Assembly: GCA_951406725.2 (NCBI GenBank)
Contig: OX597818.1
Span: 144,708,001 to 144,772,000, forward strand
Direction of reading: 5' to 3'
Length of the DNA stretch: 64,000 nt
DNA from: Octopus vulgaris
Taxonomy: Eukaryota
The position numbers and the translations under genes are program-made. The notes beneath the pieces were generated by a model. That model had not been told where the DNA came from, searched no databases, and saw nothing but the letters and a program-made list of their open reading frames with translations. Positions 51,531 through 64,000 of the stretch are shown piece after piece. Each line of letters begins with the position of its first letter. The stretch's first letter is position 1.

Positions 51531-52860
51531 GTATGTGACATCGTTCGTTTTAGGGTTAGGGTTGTCATAAATAACAGTGACGAACGAAATATACACCGCC
51601 GGAAGTTCTTGTTGACAAACAACAGCAGTAATTTTATTCAGCTGAATACACGTCATTGATTGGTTGAAATTACTGAAATACGACAACTTTAAGGTGAAAT
51701 AACTTCGTAAATATAAATTTTTCTCAAAAATGCTAATAGTAAAACATGTTTTATATGACACATTCTACTAGTGTCCGAAGTTTGAAAGTGTTTAGTTACA
51801 AAAAATTATTTTTTAAATCTGTAGGTCAAAAGGTAAAGATCAAAGTAGTGTAAACGTTAACTTATCTCCCGTTTAATTTTTATTTACTTTTTAAATCTAA
51901 CCAAACTGAACAATTACCCCAAAATACGAAAAAAACATTTTATTAAAAAAAAATTATAGTTTATAAACATCTCTCTCATCAGTTAAAAGATTCTGGAATG
52001 GGTCATCATTACATTGATATCGCTACATGAATTCAACTAAGTAACTATTAAGGCATGTCCTGGCTGTTCCAATTTCTCTTTTATTCTGTCCTAGGCGAGC
52101 AACTCTTGCCTCGGTCAAGCTGTCACACTTAAACGAAGAAGTGCCCAGGTTTTCAACGTGCCAATCAAAAACACGAGTTGTAAGCATTAAAACTGATCAT
52201 TTCAGCGAAATCAGAGGAAGTAATGTAAATAGTGCAGGGGTAATTTGAAATCGGGTTCAGGATACCCCAGTGGGTAATTTGGAATCGATTTCACTTACCG
52301 GGAGATAACTTGCAATGGGGAAGTTGAAACCTTTACACCGGTATTAAACTACACAGATTCACCGGAATTAATATCAATAAGGGATTTTAGTTTAAATCAC
52401 CGATTATATACATCAAATTCCTAATCTGTCGTATTAATAGAAGGCAAGGTTTATTTTTACAACTTAAAAGTTAGACAACATTAAAGACCTTATTTAATAA
52501 TTTGAAAACAATCTAAATTTGTATAAATCATCAGTTTTATTATAGAAACAAGACAAATAAGTGTAAGAGTTAAAGGCTTTAAGAAAATTACCTCCCTTAG
52601 TTTATTCATCACTTCACTGTGTGGAGGTAAGATTAGTGTATCATGTCAACATAGTTTCGTAACTAAGGTCAAAGGTCAACCGTTGACATTCCTTAATTCC
52701 TCGCACCTTTTATCCGACCGGATATATTCTTTATTCGTGTTATTATTATTATTGATTCATCCTAGCATAAAGCCAACCAAGATAATATGTTTAGATTAGC
52801 TTTAGGGTCACGTAGCTGAACGAAGACTTGTTCTTCTATGAGAATCGCATATTAGAAGCG

Positions 52861-52999
52861 ATGTTCGCCAAAATCACTTTGGCCGGTTCTTTTGTGTTCT
52901 TCACAGTTTTGTATCTTTTGAGAGGGATGAAACGAAAGAAATTGAACATAAAAGGCAAAGTTGTCCTCATTACTGGAGCGACATCCGGACTTGGGAAAG
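52861..52999 (+). CDS. DHRS7B: Short-chain dehydrogenase/reductase 7B, exon 1
   Basis: MFAKITLAGSFVFFTVLYLLRGMKRKKLNIKGKVVLITGATSGLGK gives a membrane anchor and the TGxxxGxG Rossmann motif. Donor at 53000, phase 1. Not in the supplied ORF track because it is short. Confidence 0.9.
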
Positions 53000-53076
53000 G
53001 TTTGTAAATTAAATTTGTTGGCGTCCGAAATCCATAGTTTATCCCTTATTTTCTTTGCCTAACCCCAACTTTATGC

Positions 53077-53293
53077 GGTAGTACTTAAGAAGAGGGGTCC
53101 GCGCTAGCTAGTCGTGACTAGTCGATCCCTACTTTGTGTTTTTGTGTTTTATTTACTTTGTTTTAAAAAAATTATTTTGTGTTTTATTTACTTTGCTAGG
53201 TAACCGTTGTAGGATCGACTAGTCACGACTAGCTAGCGCGGATGCGCGAGTACACGAGTGCGCGCACCGGGACCACTCTTCTTAAGTAGTACC
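53077..53293. mobile_element. 217-bp palindromic MITE with 9-bp TSD (Merlin- or Mutator-type) in DHRS7B intron 1
   Basis: TIRs GGTAGTACTTAAGAAGAGGGGTCC / GGACCACTCTTCTTAAGTAGTACC. Perfect TSD ACTTTATGC at 53068-53076 and 53294-53302. Confidence 0.9.
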
Positions 53294-56200
53294 ACTTTAT
53301 GCAAGTTTGCTACAGTCTGTGTGCTTGTGCACTTATTCTCAAGTCTCTAATTATTTTTCTACATTGAACTATCAAGTTATTTATACGTACAGAAATGGCG
53401 GAGGTAAAGATCATGGACCGCCCCACCCCCTGCGGGGATTCCGAACCTGCAAAAAAATGTGCATTTCAAAATTTAAATTCCCCACCACCCAATTTCTTAA
53501 ATTTTCACTTAAAAAGAATTTTTTTAAAGAATTTTTCATACATAGAAAAATATGGAGATTATGATTCTGAATTTTGTAAAATTTCAATCCCACCCCTAAA
53601 ACCCACCACCCATGACAAAAAGTGAAATTAAAGTGTTTTCTCTACTAATGTTTCACGCATTCATAGAATTATAAAATAGCAGACGTAAAAAGTATCTAAA
53701 CAGAAAACCTGACATACTAGAAACACGTTTTCAAAATTTTAATACTAATTACCAAAGACGTCCCACCTGTGACCATTCCGTCTTTCTACCCAGACATAAT
53801 GGACTCTACGTGTATATCACAGGACAGAGGTTTTTCTATTCTGTATATAAAAAAAGTTTGGCTATCTTTTCTAGCAGGTCATGCAACCACATACAGGCTC
53901 CGTCGTTGGTCTGTCTCAGTAATAATTTTGTTATTTAACCTCAAATCAACATTGATACAGCAAACCTATGTTGTTATAAAAACTTCTCTTGTTATTAAAG
54001 AAGGGGTTTTGTTAGGGGAGTGGACTCGGAAGTTGTTCGCAAACAGCAGCAGTAATTTTCTTCAGCTGAATACACATCATTGGTTATTTACAGAGGTATT
54101 TGCATTTTTTAGGGCTTTCTTGCTCAAGAGTTAACATGAAGCACAATAAAGACCCAGTTTATGACAAGGTTTGCTCGCTGTGAAATTCCCACCATAAACC
54201 AAAGCTGTTTAGTGCAAGAGATGTCTCCAGTGGTGGAGCGGAATAGATAAAAACACACAATAGAAATTTCTTATATTCAAGGTACTGTGATTTCAGGTAT
54301 ATAGTTCATTCAAGAAGAACTAAGGTGTTTTTTTTAAAAAACAACAGAAGATAAGTATTGGCATTTGCCATTATGTGATGAAGGGGTTGTGTGATGTTTT
54401 TACATCTCACAATTTAATAATGTAACCTGTCAGAAACATAGAAATCTGTTGGCATATTTATGTTCCTGTTCAACTCAGGTTTCTGTTGAGTCAAACGGAT
54501 GAAAGATAAATCTTCCTCTGTGCAGGATGCCAAATTATTACAAATGGGTTTGTTTTTCTTTCTTTTTAAGGGAATGAACTTAGTATTGCAAGTCAGCAAG
54601 CTATAGCACAATGGCTGCTCCTGCTGTGACCACAGTGGTCTTTACCACCTGAGATATTTTATTAGAGTTACACTATGATGTAATACACAACACCAATGGT
54701 AAGTGCAGAAGAATAGCAGCTGTCACATATGGACTGAATTCACTTTATCCTCTTTCACTGCTTGAGCCTATGAAGGAGCTTCTAGAAATGGAAAACAAAT
54801 GTTAACTGCTAGAAATGGCAGCCAAATCTCCCTCACATCAAACATCATGTTAAAGGAAACTACATTGAATAATATAATATATTCTTCCTGGATACACACT
54901 GCATGGGGTAGTCATGAGTAGAATGCCTTTGAGTGTAGGTCTGCTCAATGATGGTTGACTTAGAGTTTAAGAAAAAGGTGCACAGAGCTAGATTGAACAG
55001 TGGAAGAGAGAAAGTAGAACCTGTCTGCACCACAACTCTGCATCAAATGCAATGAACTGCTGCATGTCAGCATATCTTGTATGTCTTCATGTTTTTGGTT
55101 AAGTCAGTGAGGAAGCTTATATGTAGTCACCTGATTTACTAGAAATAGCTGCCAGATCTCCCTCACAGGACACTTTAACATCTTAAAGACAAGAAGGCCA
55201 CATCAGATGACGTAGTTTCTGATGCACAAGCAGATAAAATAGTTACAGTTGGAATGCATGAAATCATAAGTTTGTTTGATCAAGGATGGCCTGAGACTAG
55301 ACAAGTATGGAAACCATTTCTAATCACTACTACAACCTCCACAAGTCAAATAATGATCCCCTATACCAGTGGTCCTTAACCATTTTTTTTTTACTTATGG
55401 ACCCCTTTGATTCCCATTTTACTCAGGTGGACCCTTATAGCTATTCGATGTTTAAGAAATCCCATTATATTTTTATAACTAAATGTTATTAGAAATTGTA
55501 AAAAGAAAAAATTGCTAAATACTTGGTGTATTGCAAAAATATAACTAATTTATTGCACATAAATTTTAATAAAATCTTTTATAGACCCCCACAAGTCATA
55601 TGAACCCTACTTGAGATCCAATGTCCTATACAGTCAGCAACCTGCTAGAAATAACAACCAAATTGCCCTGCAATTGCATCCTGCCTTCAATAAAGAAGTA
55701 TATATTGATCATTGTACTCTCTAATGTACAAAAGGATGGGATTGTTGTAGTTAGAGTACTTTTTTTTATTTGCTTGGTTACATCAAATCAGTAATGTTTA
55801 TCTGACTGTAATGTAAGTTTACTTAGTTAATGGGTGAATTGTTGACTAAATTAATTTAGTGTATTATTGGAACTTGTATTATTGACTGCAAAGGGATGAA
55901 AGTTAAAGTCCATCCACTTCAGGGAGGATTTGAACTCAGAATATTTTCTTTTATCTTTTAGCCAGAGGAGAAGGCAGTACCCATGACCTGTTGCAAGACC
56001 TCCGAGATAGGAGGGAGGAAGATATCCTCAAACCAAAAGCCTGGCTTAAACGATTGCAACTGAGAGGACTCTACTAATGGCACTGGAAGTACCAGGTGGT
56101 GATGTTAAAGTAGGTGATGGTTTAAATCTACCATCCAAATAGGCTGTAGTGATATTTGAACTCAAAACACAAACAGCTGGAGCAAATACTGCAAGGTACC

Positions 56201-56831
56201 CTATCTGATGTTATAGTTCTGCAAATGCATCACCTTGGATTGGTATTTTTATTTTATCAACCTTGAAAGGATGAAAGGCAAACTTGATCTCAGTGGGATT
56301 AGAACACCATATGTATGTGTGTGTGGATGTTTATATACTGTGTTCAAATGAAAAATAGCTGAGCTACAGCCATTGTTGCCTGTTACTATTTCCATATCAA
56401 CATATCATCCTTTAACAAGTGGAATGAAGATTCTTTTATTATAAAAAGAAGTAGGGGTTAGTGGCAGGAAGGGCATCCAGATATGAAGCAATGCCTTGAT
56501 AATACATATGCATCTGACCCATGCTAACATGAGAAAACAGATGTAAAAACGAATGAAGACAGGCTAAAGGCCACAAATTTAAAGGGGAAGATTTTAATTT
56601 ATTCCAGTAGTTTACTGGTACATTTTTTTATCATCTTCTGAAAGATGAAAGACAAGCATTGGCAGGATTTGAATTCAGGACAAAAAAGACCTTAACTAAA
56701 TATTGCAAAGTATTTTGTCTGCTATTTTAATAATTTTTTTCTCATCCTCATTGTCATTGTTGTTTAATGTCAGTTTTCTATGCAACGATGATAATATCAA
56801 GTACAACAACAATTGTCATTTTATCTTGTAG

Positions 56832-56935
56832 CTTGTGCTGAAATATTTTACAAAGCTGGCTGTCGAGTGATTCTGGCTGGCAGGAATTCAGAAAGGTTAG
56901 AGAAAGTCAAAACTGAATTGGTTGGATTGAAAGAA
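56832..56935 (+). CDS. DHRS7B: DHRS7B exon 2
   Basis: ACAEIFYKAGCRVILAGRNSERLEKVK. AG/GT boundaries, phase 1 to 0. Confidence 0.9.
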
Positions 56936-57294
56936 GTAAGCAGTACCTGTTTATATTATATTTATGTTTGTGTGTTCCTGTGTGCACACTTACTTGAGCA
57001 CAGTGATACAATGACAAATGCACAACTGTGTAAAGACACAGAGGCAAATGTTCACATAGATCAATGTGTGTGTGTGTATATTTACAAAGCAGTATGAGTT
57101 AGCATGTGGATTACTGTTGGTTTTGTGGTCTTGTTCCACAGAATCTGCTTGACTTGATGTTACAGAAATTTTCCATACTGCATAATTATGCAGTGGCCTG
57201 AAGAGTGAAACAACAAAACTATCAACAATCTGCATGATAAATTAACTTAGATTGCCTTATATCTCTGTATTAAGTAATATATATATATATATAT

Positions 57295-57663
57295 AAAAAA
57301 ATACAAAGTGGGACAAGAATGCAAAACATTCAAATAGATGATACAAAAAACACGGATGGGTCATTCGAAGCCTCTAATCTTCAGTCAAGAACCGGATCAT
57401 CCTCACAATTTCAGCTGATTAATCTTGAGATTGCTCCGATCTGGCCAGCGTGTACATTTGATCCTTTTTCCAAGAAATCTAATGCGCGTAGCTTAGTTTT
57501 TCCTTGGGGCTGGCCAGATCGGAGCAATCTCAAGATTAATCAGCCGAAATTGTGAGGATGATCCGGTTCTTGTCTGAAGATTAGAGGCTTCGAATGACCC
57601 GTCCATGTTTTTTGTATCGTCTATTTGAATGTTTTGCGTTCTTGCCCCATTTTGTATTTTTAT
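57295..57663. repeat. ~155-bp inverted repeat with a 59-nt loop in DHRS7B intron 2
   Basis: Arms at about 57295-57449 and 57509-57663. ORF-track entries on opposite strands are near-identical. Confidence 0.9.
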
Positions 57664-58234
57664 ACATATATTATTGTGGCGTACGTACACCTTATTCTCT
57701 TATATGTAAATATATATATATATTTATGATGTGTTCCCTGCAAGTATGAATCAAACACTTTGTTTTCATCATCATTTTATAACAATATATGCACACACAC
57801 ACACACATATATATACAGAGAGAGAGAGAGAGGTGTCTGATTAAGAAGTTCATCTCCCAACCACATGATTTTGGGTTCAATTCTACTGTGTGGTAAAATA
57901 TATAATATTGATAATAAAGGGAATGAAGAATTTGAACCTTCAAACTTTGTTTATTTACACTTGTTTTATTCATAATAATTGTCTGCCCCGTGTTTTTGAT
58001 CTCATTAATTGCATTTTGTTGCATATTTATATGCAGCAAATTATGCATTATTAGTACAATCTCTTCAGGGTGTATGAATATAACATTGTTTGAAGAAGAA
58101 TTTTCCTCTGTTATTAGTTTGAATTAGGCTTGGTAGCAGTAATAGCAAACCATGACGGTCATCAATGAGCTTCGGTATCTGCCTGGATATTATATCCCTC
58201 CTACTACTATATATATATATATAATATCCTAGCA

Positions 58235-58560
58235 TGAAGGCACATGGCTCAGTGGTTAGAATGTTGGGCTCACAATCATGAGGTATTGAATACAATTCCT
58301 GGACCGGGCTGTGTGTTGTGTTCTTGAGCAAGACACTTTATTTCATATTGCTCCAATTCACTCAGCTGTAGAAATGAGCTGCAACATCACTGGTGCCAAG
58401 CTATACTGGCCTTTGCCTTTCTCTTGGATAACATTGGTGGTGTGGGGAGGGGAGGATGGTATGCATGGGCAACTGCTGGTCTTCCAGAAACAACCTTGCT
58501 GTGACTTGTGTCTCAGAGGGGAACTTTCTGGGTGCAATCCCATGGCCATTTATGACTGAA
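58235..58560 (+). mobile_element. tRNA-derived SINE, second family
   Basis: GAAGGCACATGGCTCAGTGGTTAGA head, then GTGTTCTTGAGCAAGACACTTTATTTCA. Confidence 0.7.
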
Positions 58561-59048
58561 GCGGGTTCCAAAAAATATAATCCTAATAAACCAAATTTGA
58601 GACTGCTGTATTTGTAGAGGTTTTGTTGAAAATGTTTCAGCAGTATTCTTTATGTTGAAATTCTACAGTCTTGATAAGCTCCAGAGAAGTGGAGTTAGTG
58701 ACCCCTTCCCCTCATGGTTGCAGCTACTTTACTTGATCTGTTAATGCACTTAAGAAAGTAGACACCAGCAGATGGAGAAGAAAATTCTTCTAATGAATTA
58801 ACTGTGTTACTGCCAGGCAAAGACCCAGTTGAATAAAACTTTGGTTTGGATACATATTCTTTTAATCCTCATTATTTAAACATATGACACATGTATCTCT
58901 CTCTTTCTCAGTCTCTCTCACTCTCTCATTTTCACACACACACACATTCTCTCTCTCTTAGCTATCATTTGTATTTGCAGGTATATATCATTATTCTAAT
59001 ATACACATATATGCACTTTTCCAAAATTATGTTTATCATTATTTGCAG

Positions 59049-59268
59049 GGCTGCAGTGACTACAAACCAGCTATTTTGCAGATAGATTTGTGTGATTTGG
59101 CATCAATACCAAAGAAAGTTGCTGAAGCTGTAAGTTTCTATGACAGAGTGGACATCCTTATTAACAATGCTGGTCAGAGTTATCGTGGTCAAGTATTAGA
59201 GACAATTTTAGATGTTGACCAGAGACTCATGATGGTCAACTACTTTGGACATGTGGCTATTACAAAAG
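59049..59268 (+). CDS. DHRS7B: DHRS7B exon 3
   Basis: VDILINNAGQSYRG...VNYFGHVAITK with the NNAG motif. Phase 0 to 1. Confidence 0.92.
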
Positions 59269-60404
59269 GTGAGTTGAATAGAAAATATTGTTTACTTATA
59301 AACTCTAATTTAAGACAGCAGAAATATCAACAGGCCGATTGAGAGAACATGAACTATATATCTGCCACCTGAATGGTGACTGTGTTATAGAAATCTACTA
59401 TTATATCTCTCTCAACTTAAAATACTATAAACTAAATTATTGCGAAACGTATAGAAAACAGTGAATTAAAGAAAGCTTGGGAAAGGTAGTTGTAAAAACA
59501 AAACAATATTAACAAACACATTGAAATGTTATGTTAGAAATATTCATTTTGGGTTATTTCTGGTGACATACACCTTTTCAAAGAGAACAAAAGGTTGAGA
59601 AGTAAACATGTCCATTAGGTTACTGCTATTTTGTTTTAATGCTTGAGATAACAAATAGCACCAGAAATCAATATGCCCTGTTTCCAAACAAGGTAATATT
59701 TCCACATGGCTGGGTACGTTTGCATAGAAGACTGGAAATGAGGGTCACCCCTGGTGTGATGATGACATTTGTTTATAACTCTCATGTTATGTCAAACAAG
59801 AAGACATATATATGTGTATATTCAGTTTTTATCTATCAAATCCACTCACAAGGCTTTGGTTGGCCTGGGACTATAGTAGAAGACAATTGCCTCAAGTGTC
59901 ATGCAGTGGGGACTGAACTCCAAACCACATGGTTGAGGAGCAAGCATCTTAATAAATGCAGCCATGTCTTTTATTACATTTTTTTAAAAGACACCTTATC
60001 TTACAGAACCTCAGGATTTTTCACAGAATCCTTTTGCAGAAACACTTGACTTGATAGAAAATAGCAGCCAAATCTCCCTGAAATTAAACTATGTTGTTTT
60101 ATTAAAATGAAGTACACATTAGATAATATACTCTACTACTTGATCAAGGCTGACCTAGAACTAGGCGACAACAACAGCTGTAGATGTAAGGTTTGAACTG
60201 ATGTGCATGTCATCAACATCTTTGCCTGAGTTATTGTGCATGCATGGAAATGTCTGTACATGCGAGGACGTAACTGACCAACTTTCATGAGAAAAATCTT
60301 ATCTAAGTTATCTGAAGTATTATTTATACTCTTTTACAAAAAAAAAAACTGCATTGTGAAAAAAACACAAAAAAACATATGTCATCTCCGTTTTTATCTT
60401 TCAG

Positions 60405-60497
60405 CTCTTCTTCCTGTTATGATAAGTGAAGGAGGTGGACATATTATTGGAATCAGTAGCATCCAAGGTAAAATTGCAATACCATATCGGACCGCAT
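60405..60497 (+). CDS. DHRS7B: DHRS7B exon 4
   Basis: ALLPVMISEGGGHIIGISSIQGKIAIPYRTA with the catalytic Ser. Phase 1 to 1. Confidence 0.92.
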
Positions 60498-61979
60498 GTA
60501 AGTCAAATTTATAATGGAAAAATATTTTTTGCTTTAATTCAAAATTTCTGTTTATGTTAAGTGGAAATATGGAGAGGAACTGAGTAAAAAGTGGTAAAAC
60601 AGAGATAGAACAAATACTATAAGGCATGTTATCTTACATTCTTTGGTATGTGACATATTTCATGACACCTCACAGACATAATGTATCATCTCTGCTTTTA
60701 CCCTTTGCTACTAAAGCAACTTCTGCTCTTTTGAGCTGGACACTTTTATACTTACTTTATTAATAAAAACCTCTCGTGCTACTCTCATGCATTTTATGTC
60801 TCATACTAAATAATTCACATACCTATAATTTTCTTGCAGACATCTATGTAGTGATCGTGAAATTAAGCATATCTCCCTTACCATCTGGGAAGTCTTGAAA
60901 AACTCATGCACATTACACCTCCTTTATAAAATTTATGTATAACAACCTACAGAATGGCAAATATTTAGACTTTGCTCATATTATGAGGAAATATATAAAC
61001 TTGCTTTATTAGAGGTAATGAGAATCCAAGTATAATTTTAATCTGAATTTCTGAGATGTTGGATTATCTTTGTCATACACTGATATATTCAGACTTATGT
61101 GTCCCCAACTTGGTTGTTATAATCACAATGTTATGGTGGTTGTACACTCTGGCCATCTCCAAGCGTTGTATTCAGTAACATTTTCAGGAATTTGACTCAA
61201 ATGTTCTGTCAAATTCATTGGGATAGATTGTTTTCCTTCCATCAACCATCCCTGGGATATTCTCATAGTAGCAATTCTATTGATAATGGTGATAATGCTT
61301 ATTTGTTCTGCTTGAATCGGAGTACATATAGATCAACTGGTCCAGGGATTAAACTCATAATCACCAGGTAAATGACAACACTTAACACTAGAGATTTAAT
61401 CAATACTAATGTTTACTATTTCTCTGATTTATCTGGTTCAAATGGAACAAGCAAGCAACATTACAAGTAGGAGAGTAATTAATACCAAACTCTCTATGGT
61501 ATGAACAACAAAACAAGAAAAATCTGCATGGTTTTGATAATGGGTTGGGTTTCGAATGCTGAGAACATTACTAAATACAACAGGCATCTGAAGAAAGGCA
61601 AAAATACACTGGCCAAAATATTCTGACTATAAGCAACTAAGAGACACTAGTTCAAATGTCGTTAGTGTACAATCCCTCTCTCTCTCTCTTTCGGAGAGGC
61701 ACTGAGCTGCTATACGCACACATACACACACGGCAGTAACTTCCACCTACCGAATTCAATCACAAAGCTCCGGTCGGCTCGGGGCTATAGTGGAAGACAC
61801 CTACCCAAAGTACCATGCAGTGGGACTGAACCCGAAACCATGTAGCTAGGAAGCAATAATCAAACCAAATGTGCCTTCATAAAAGTATTTGAGGAGGAAT
61901 CCTTTTGTCAAAATAAGTAGAATTCTGAGTTCTGTATGTTGTGACCATAATCATTCTTTTTTTATATCATTCCCACTAG

Positions 61980-62132
61980 ATGCAGCATCAAAACATGCAT
62001 TCCAAGCTTTCTTTGATAGTTTAAGAGCAGAAGTGTGTGACAAGAACATCACTGTGAGTGTCTTAAGTCCAAGCTATATCCATACTAATATTTCTATAAA
62101 TGCTGTACGCGCAGATGGATCACAACATAATG
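61980..62132 (+). CDS. DHRS7B: DHRS7B exon 5
   Basis: Splicing rebuilds the catalytic YAASK (YxxxK), followed by [14 protein letters not shown]. Donor gtaagt at 62133. Confidence 0.92.
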
Positions 62133-63801
62133 GTAAGTCCTTTAGTTAATTCCTTCTATACTTATTTTTCCCACTCAGCTTGTTTATCTGATATTGCCAT
62201 TTCTGTCTGTCTCTTACCTGACTGAGTAATATATTTGTTTCTTCTCCCATGTATGTGTATAGTTGCACATGTGTAGATGTGAGATGAGTGGATAAGATAT
62301 TGGGCTTCATGCTCATGCATTGTGAGTTCAAATCGGCTCAGGTTATTTTGTTGTATTTCTGAGGAGAATGCTATAGCCACAATACCTCAGTCTGTTTTAT
62401 TGTTGGGAATTGATACCCAAGTTTCTAGGATTTATGTAAAACATTTCATGATGTATATGTATGGTTTTAGAAGAGGTACACCATGCCTTTGCATGTCATA
62501 AGATGTAGCTAAATGGGTTGGCACCACAAAAGGCATCTGCTCATAAAACACTGCTTCAAAAAGTCCTAACCAACTCATGCTAGCATGGAAAAGCAGATAT
62601 AAGAACAATGATTTTAAATATATAAGATTTGTGAAGAACTGGTTAGGTTTGATCTAAGAATGTTGAACTTAGGCGCAAGAGTGGCTGTGTGGTAAGAAGG
62701 TGCAGGAGTCTATTCAGTAAGAAGCTTGTTTCCCAACCACATGGTTCTGGGTTCAGTCCCACTGTATGACACCTTGGGCACGTCTTCTACTATAACCTCT
62801 GATCAACCAAAGCCTTGTGAGTGGATTTGGTAGATGGAAACTGAAAGAATCCCATCATATACACACACACACATATATATATATGTGTGTGGGTGTCTAT
62901 GTTTGTTCCTCCCACCATTGCTCGACAACCGGTGTCGGTGTGTTTACACTCCTGTAACTTTCTTTTGCTTAATAATAAAAGATGCTGATAGAATAAGTAC
63001 TAGTCTTACAAAGAATAAGTCCTGGTGTCAGTTTGTTCAACTAAAGGCAGTGCACCAGCATGGCCACAGTCAGATGACTGAAACAAGTAAAGAAGAAGAT
63101 TAAATGACCCTGGATTGAGAGAAGTGTAACAATACTATATTGCAAATCTGTTTAGTCAATGCTACAAGGGATAAATGAATATTAGAGCAGTGTTGACAAT
63201 GAGTACGAGGGTCTAAAATAAACATAGCTGTTCTGCTTTACTTTCCTTCCTTCAGGAACCTTGAAAAGGATGTGATGGGATATTCTTTTTTCTCTGTTTT
63301 AAAGCATTGCTCATGAACTTGGTAGGTCGTTTGAGATTAATATGGTTGATGTTTGGTTTAAATATTTGTAAACTGACTCCTGCAATTAACAGCTCAGCGG
63401 CCAGACAAGCTTTCATGTATGATTTGTAAACAAACAACTCGCAACTGTTTTTGTATGATGGTGACTTTTGTTTACAGTTGGTGTGAACATGTTAAACCGA
63501 GGAAAACACACACACACACACATGTTCAGTCAAACAGATACATGTATGATGGACTTCTTCCTGTTTCTGTCGACCAAATTTCTCTTACCAATCTTTGGTC
63601 AGCCACAGCATAGTCACCATCAGCTGACAGTGTGACAATGTCCATACAGAGGTTGTGAACTCTAAACCATGTGGTTCCAATAAAAACTTCTTGACCACAT
63701 GGCTATGTCTGTGCCTATGTTTGGGAGTTAAAATGTGATATTTCTTTTTTATTGTATCATGCTATTTAAAAATATAATTTCTTTCTTTCATATTTTTCTA
63801 G

Positions 63802-64000
63802 TTTTAGATAACTCAATTGCAAAAGGAATGAAAGCAGAATATGTTGCTCAACGTATTCTAGATATGGTTCTATGGAAAGAGCAAGATGTCTTACTTGGTC
63901 CTTTTCATCACAGAATTGCCTGCTATCTACGACCAATCTTCCCAAACATATTCTTTTATATAATGGCAAAGAGAGCATTAAAGGAGCGTAATGAATTTGA
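63802..64000 (+). CDS. DHRS7B: DHRS7B exon 6 (runs off the window end)
   Basis: Acceptor tttttctag. In frame VLDNSIAKGMKAEYVAQRIL...IFFYIMAKRALKER with no stop before 64000. Confidence 0.88.

Noticed and set aside
51023-51622. 199-aa ORF as an intact gene
   Set aside because: Chimeric: the N-terminus comes from an inserted MITE and the rest is a frameshifted Penelope GIY-YIG remnant.
57565-57600. CTGAAGA motif as a third hammerhead
   Set aside because: No GAAA core or pairable stems in the right positions.

Overview
AT-rich, intron-rich eukaryotic DNA crowded with microsatellites, SINEs and MITEs. The repeat content looks like an octopus (coleoid cephalopod) genome, which is an inference. 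Three spliced + strand genes can be rebuilt with consistent GT-AG phases: (1) a 4-exon, 315-aa secreted protein with a signal peptide, a reduced spondin-type TSP1 repeat and one MIDAS-intact VWA domain (7000-14634); (2) a 1053-aa RING plus TRAF/SIAH-type zinc-finger E3 ligase-like protein with two coding exons and a very long acidic, probably disordered tail (37290-46586); (3) DHRS7B, a short-chain dehydrogenase (52861 to beyond the window end). Between genes 1 and 2 lie a decayed mariner and a decayed Tx1/L1-clade LINE. The LINE is the most unusual object: three diverged, tandem ORF1/gag-like paralogues, each with its own zinc knuckle, precede a single EN-RT ORF2. A SINE 13 kb away carries a similar 3' tail. 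Other notable items are two Penelope-type minimal hammerhead ribozymes, several long inverted repeats, a TSD-flanked retroposed tRNA-Leu lacking its anticodon, GG-terminal MITEs with 8-9 bp TSDs, and a visible CpG-depletion mosaic over two gene bodies.
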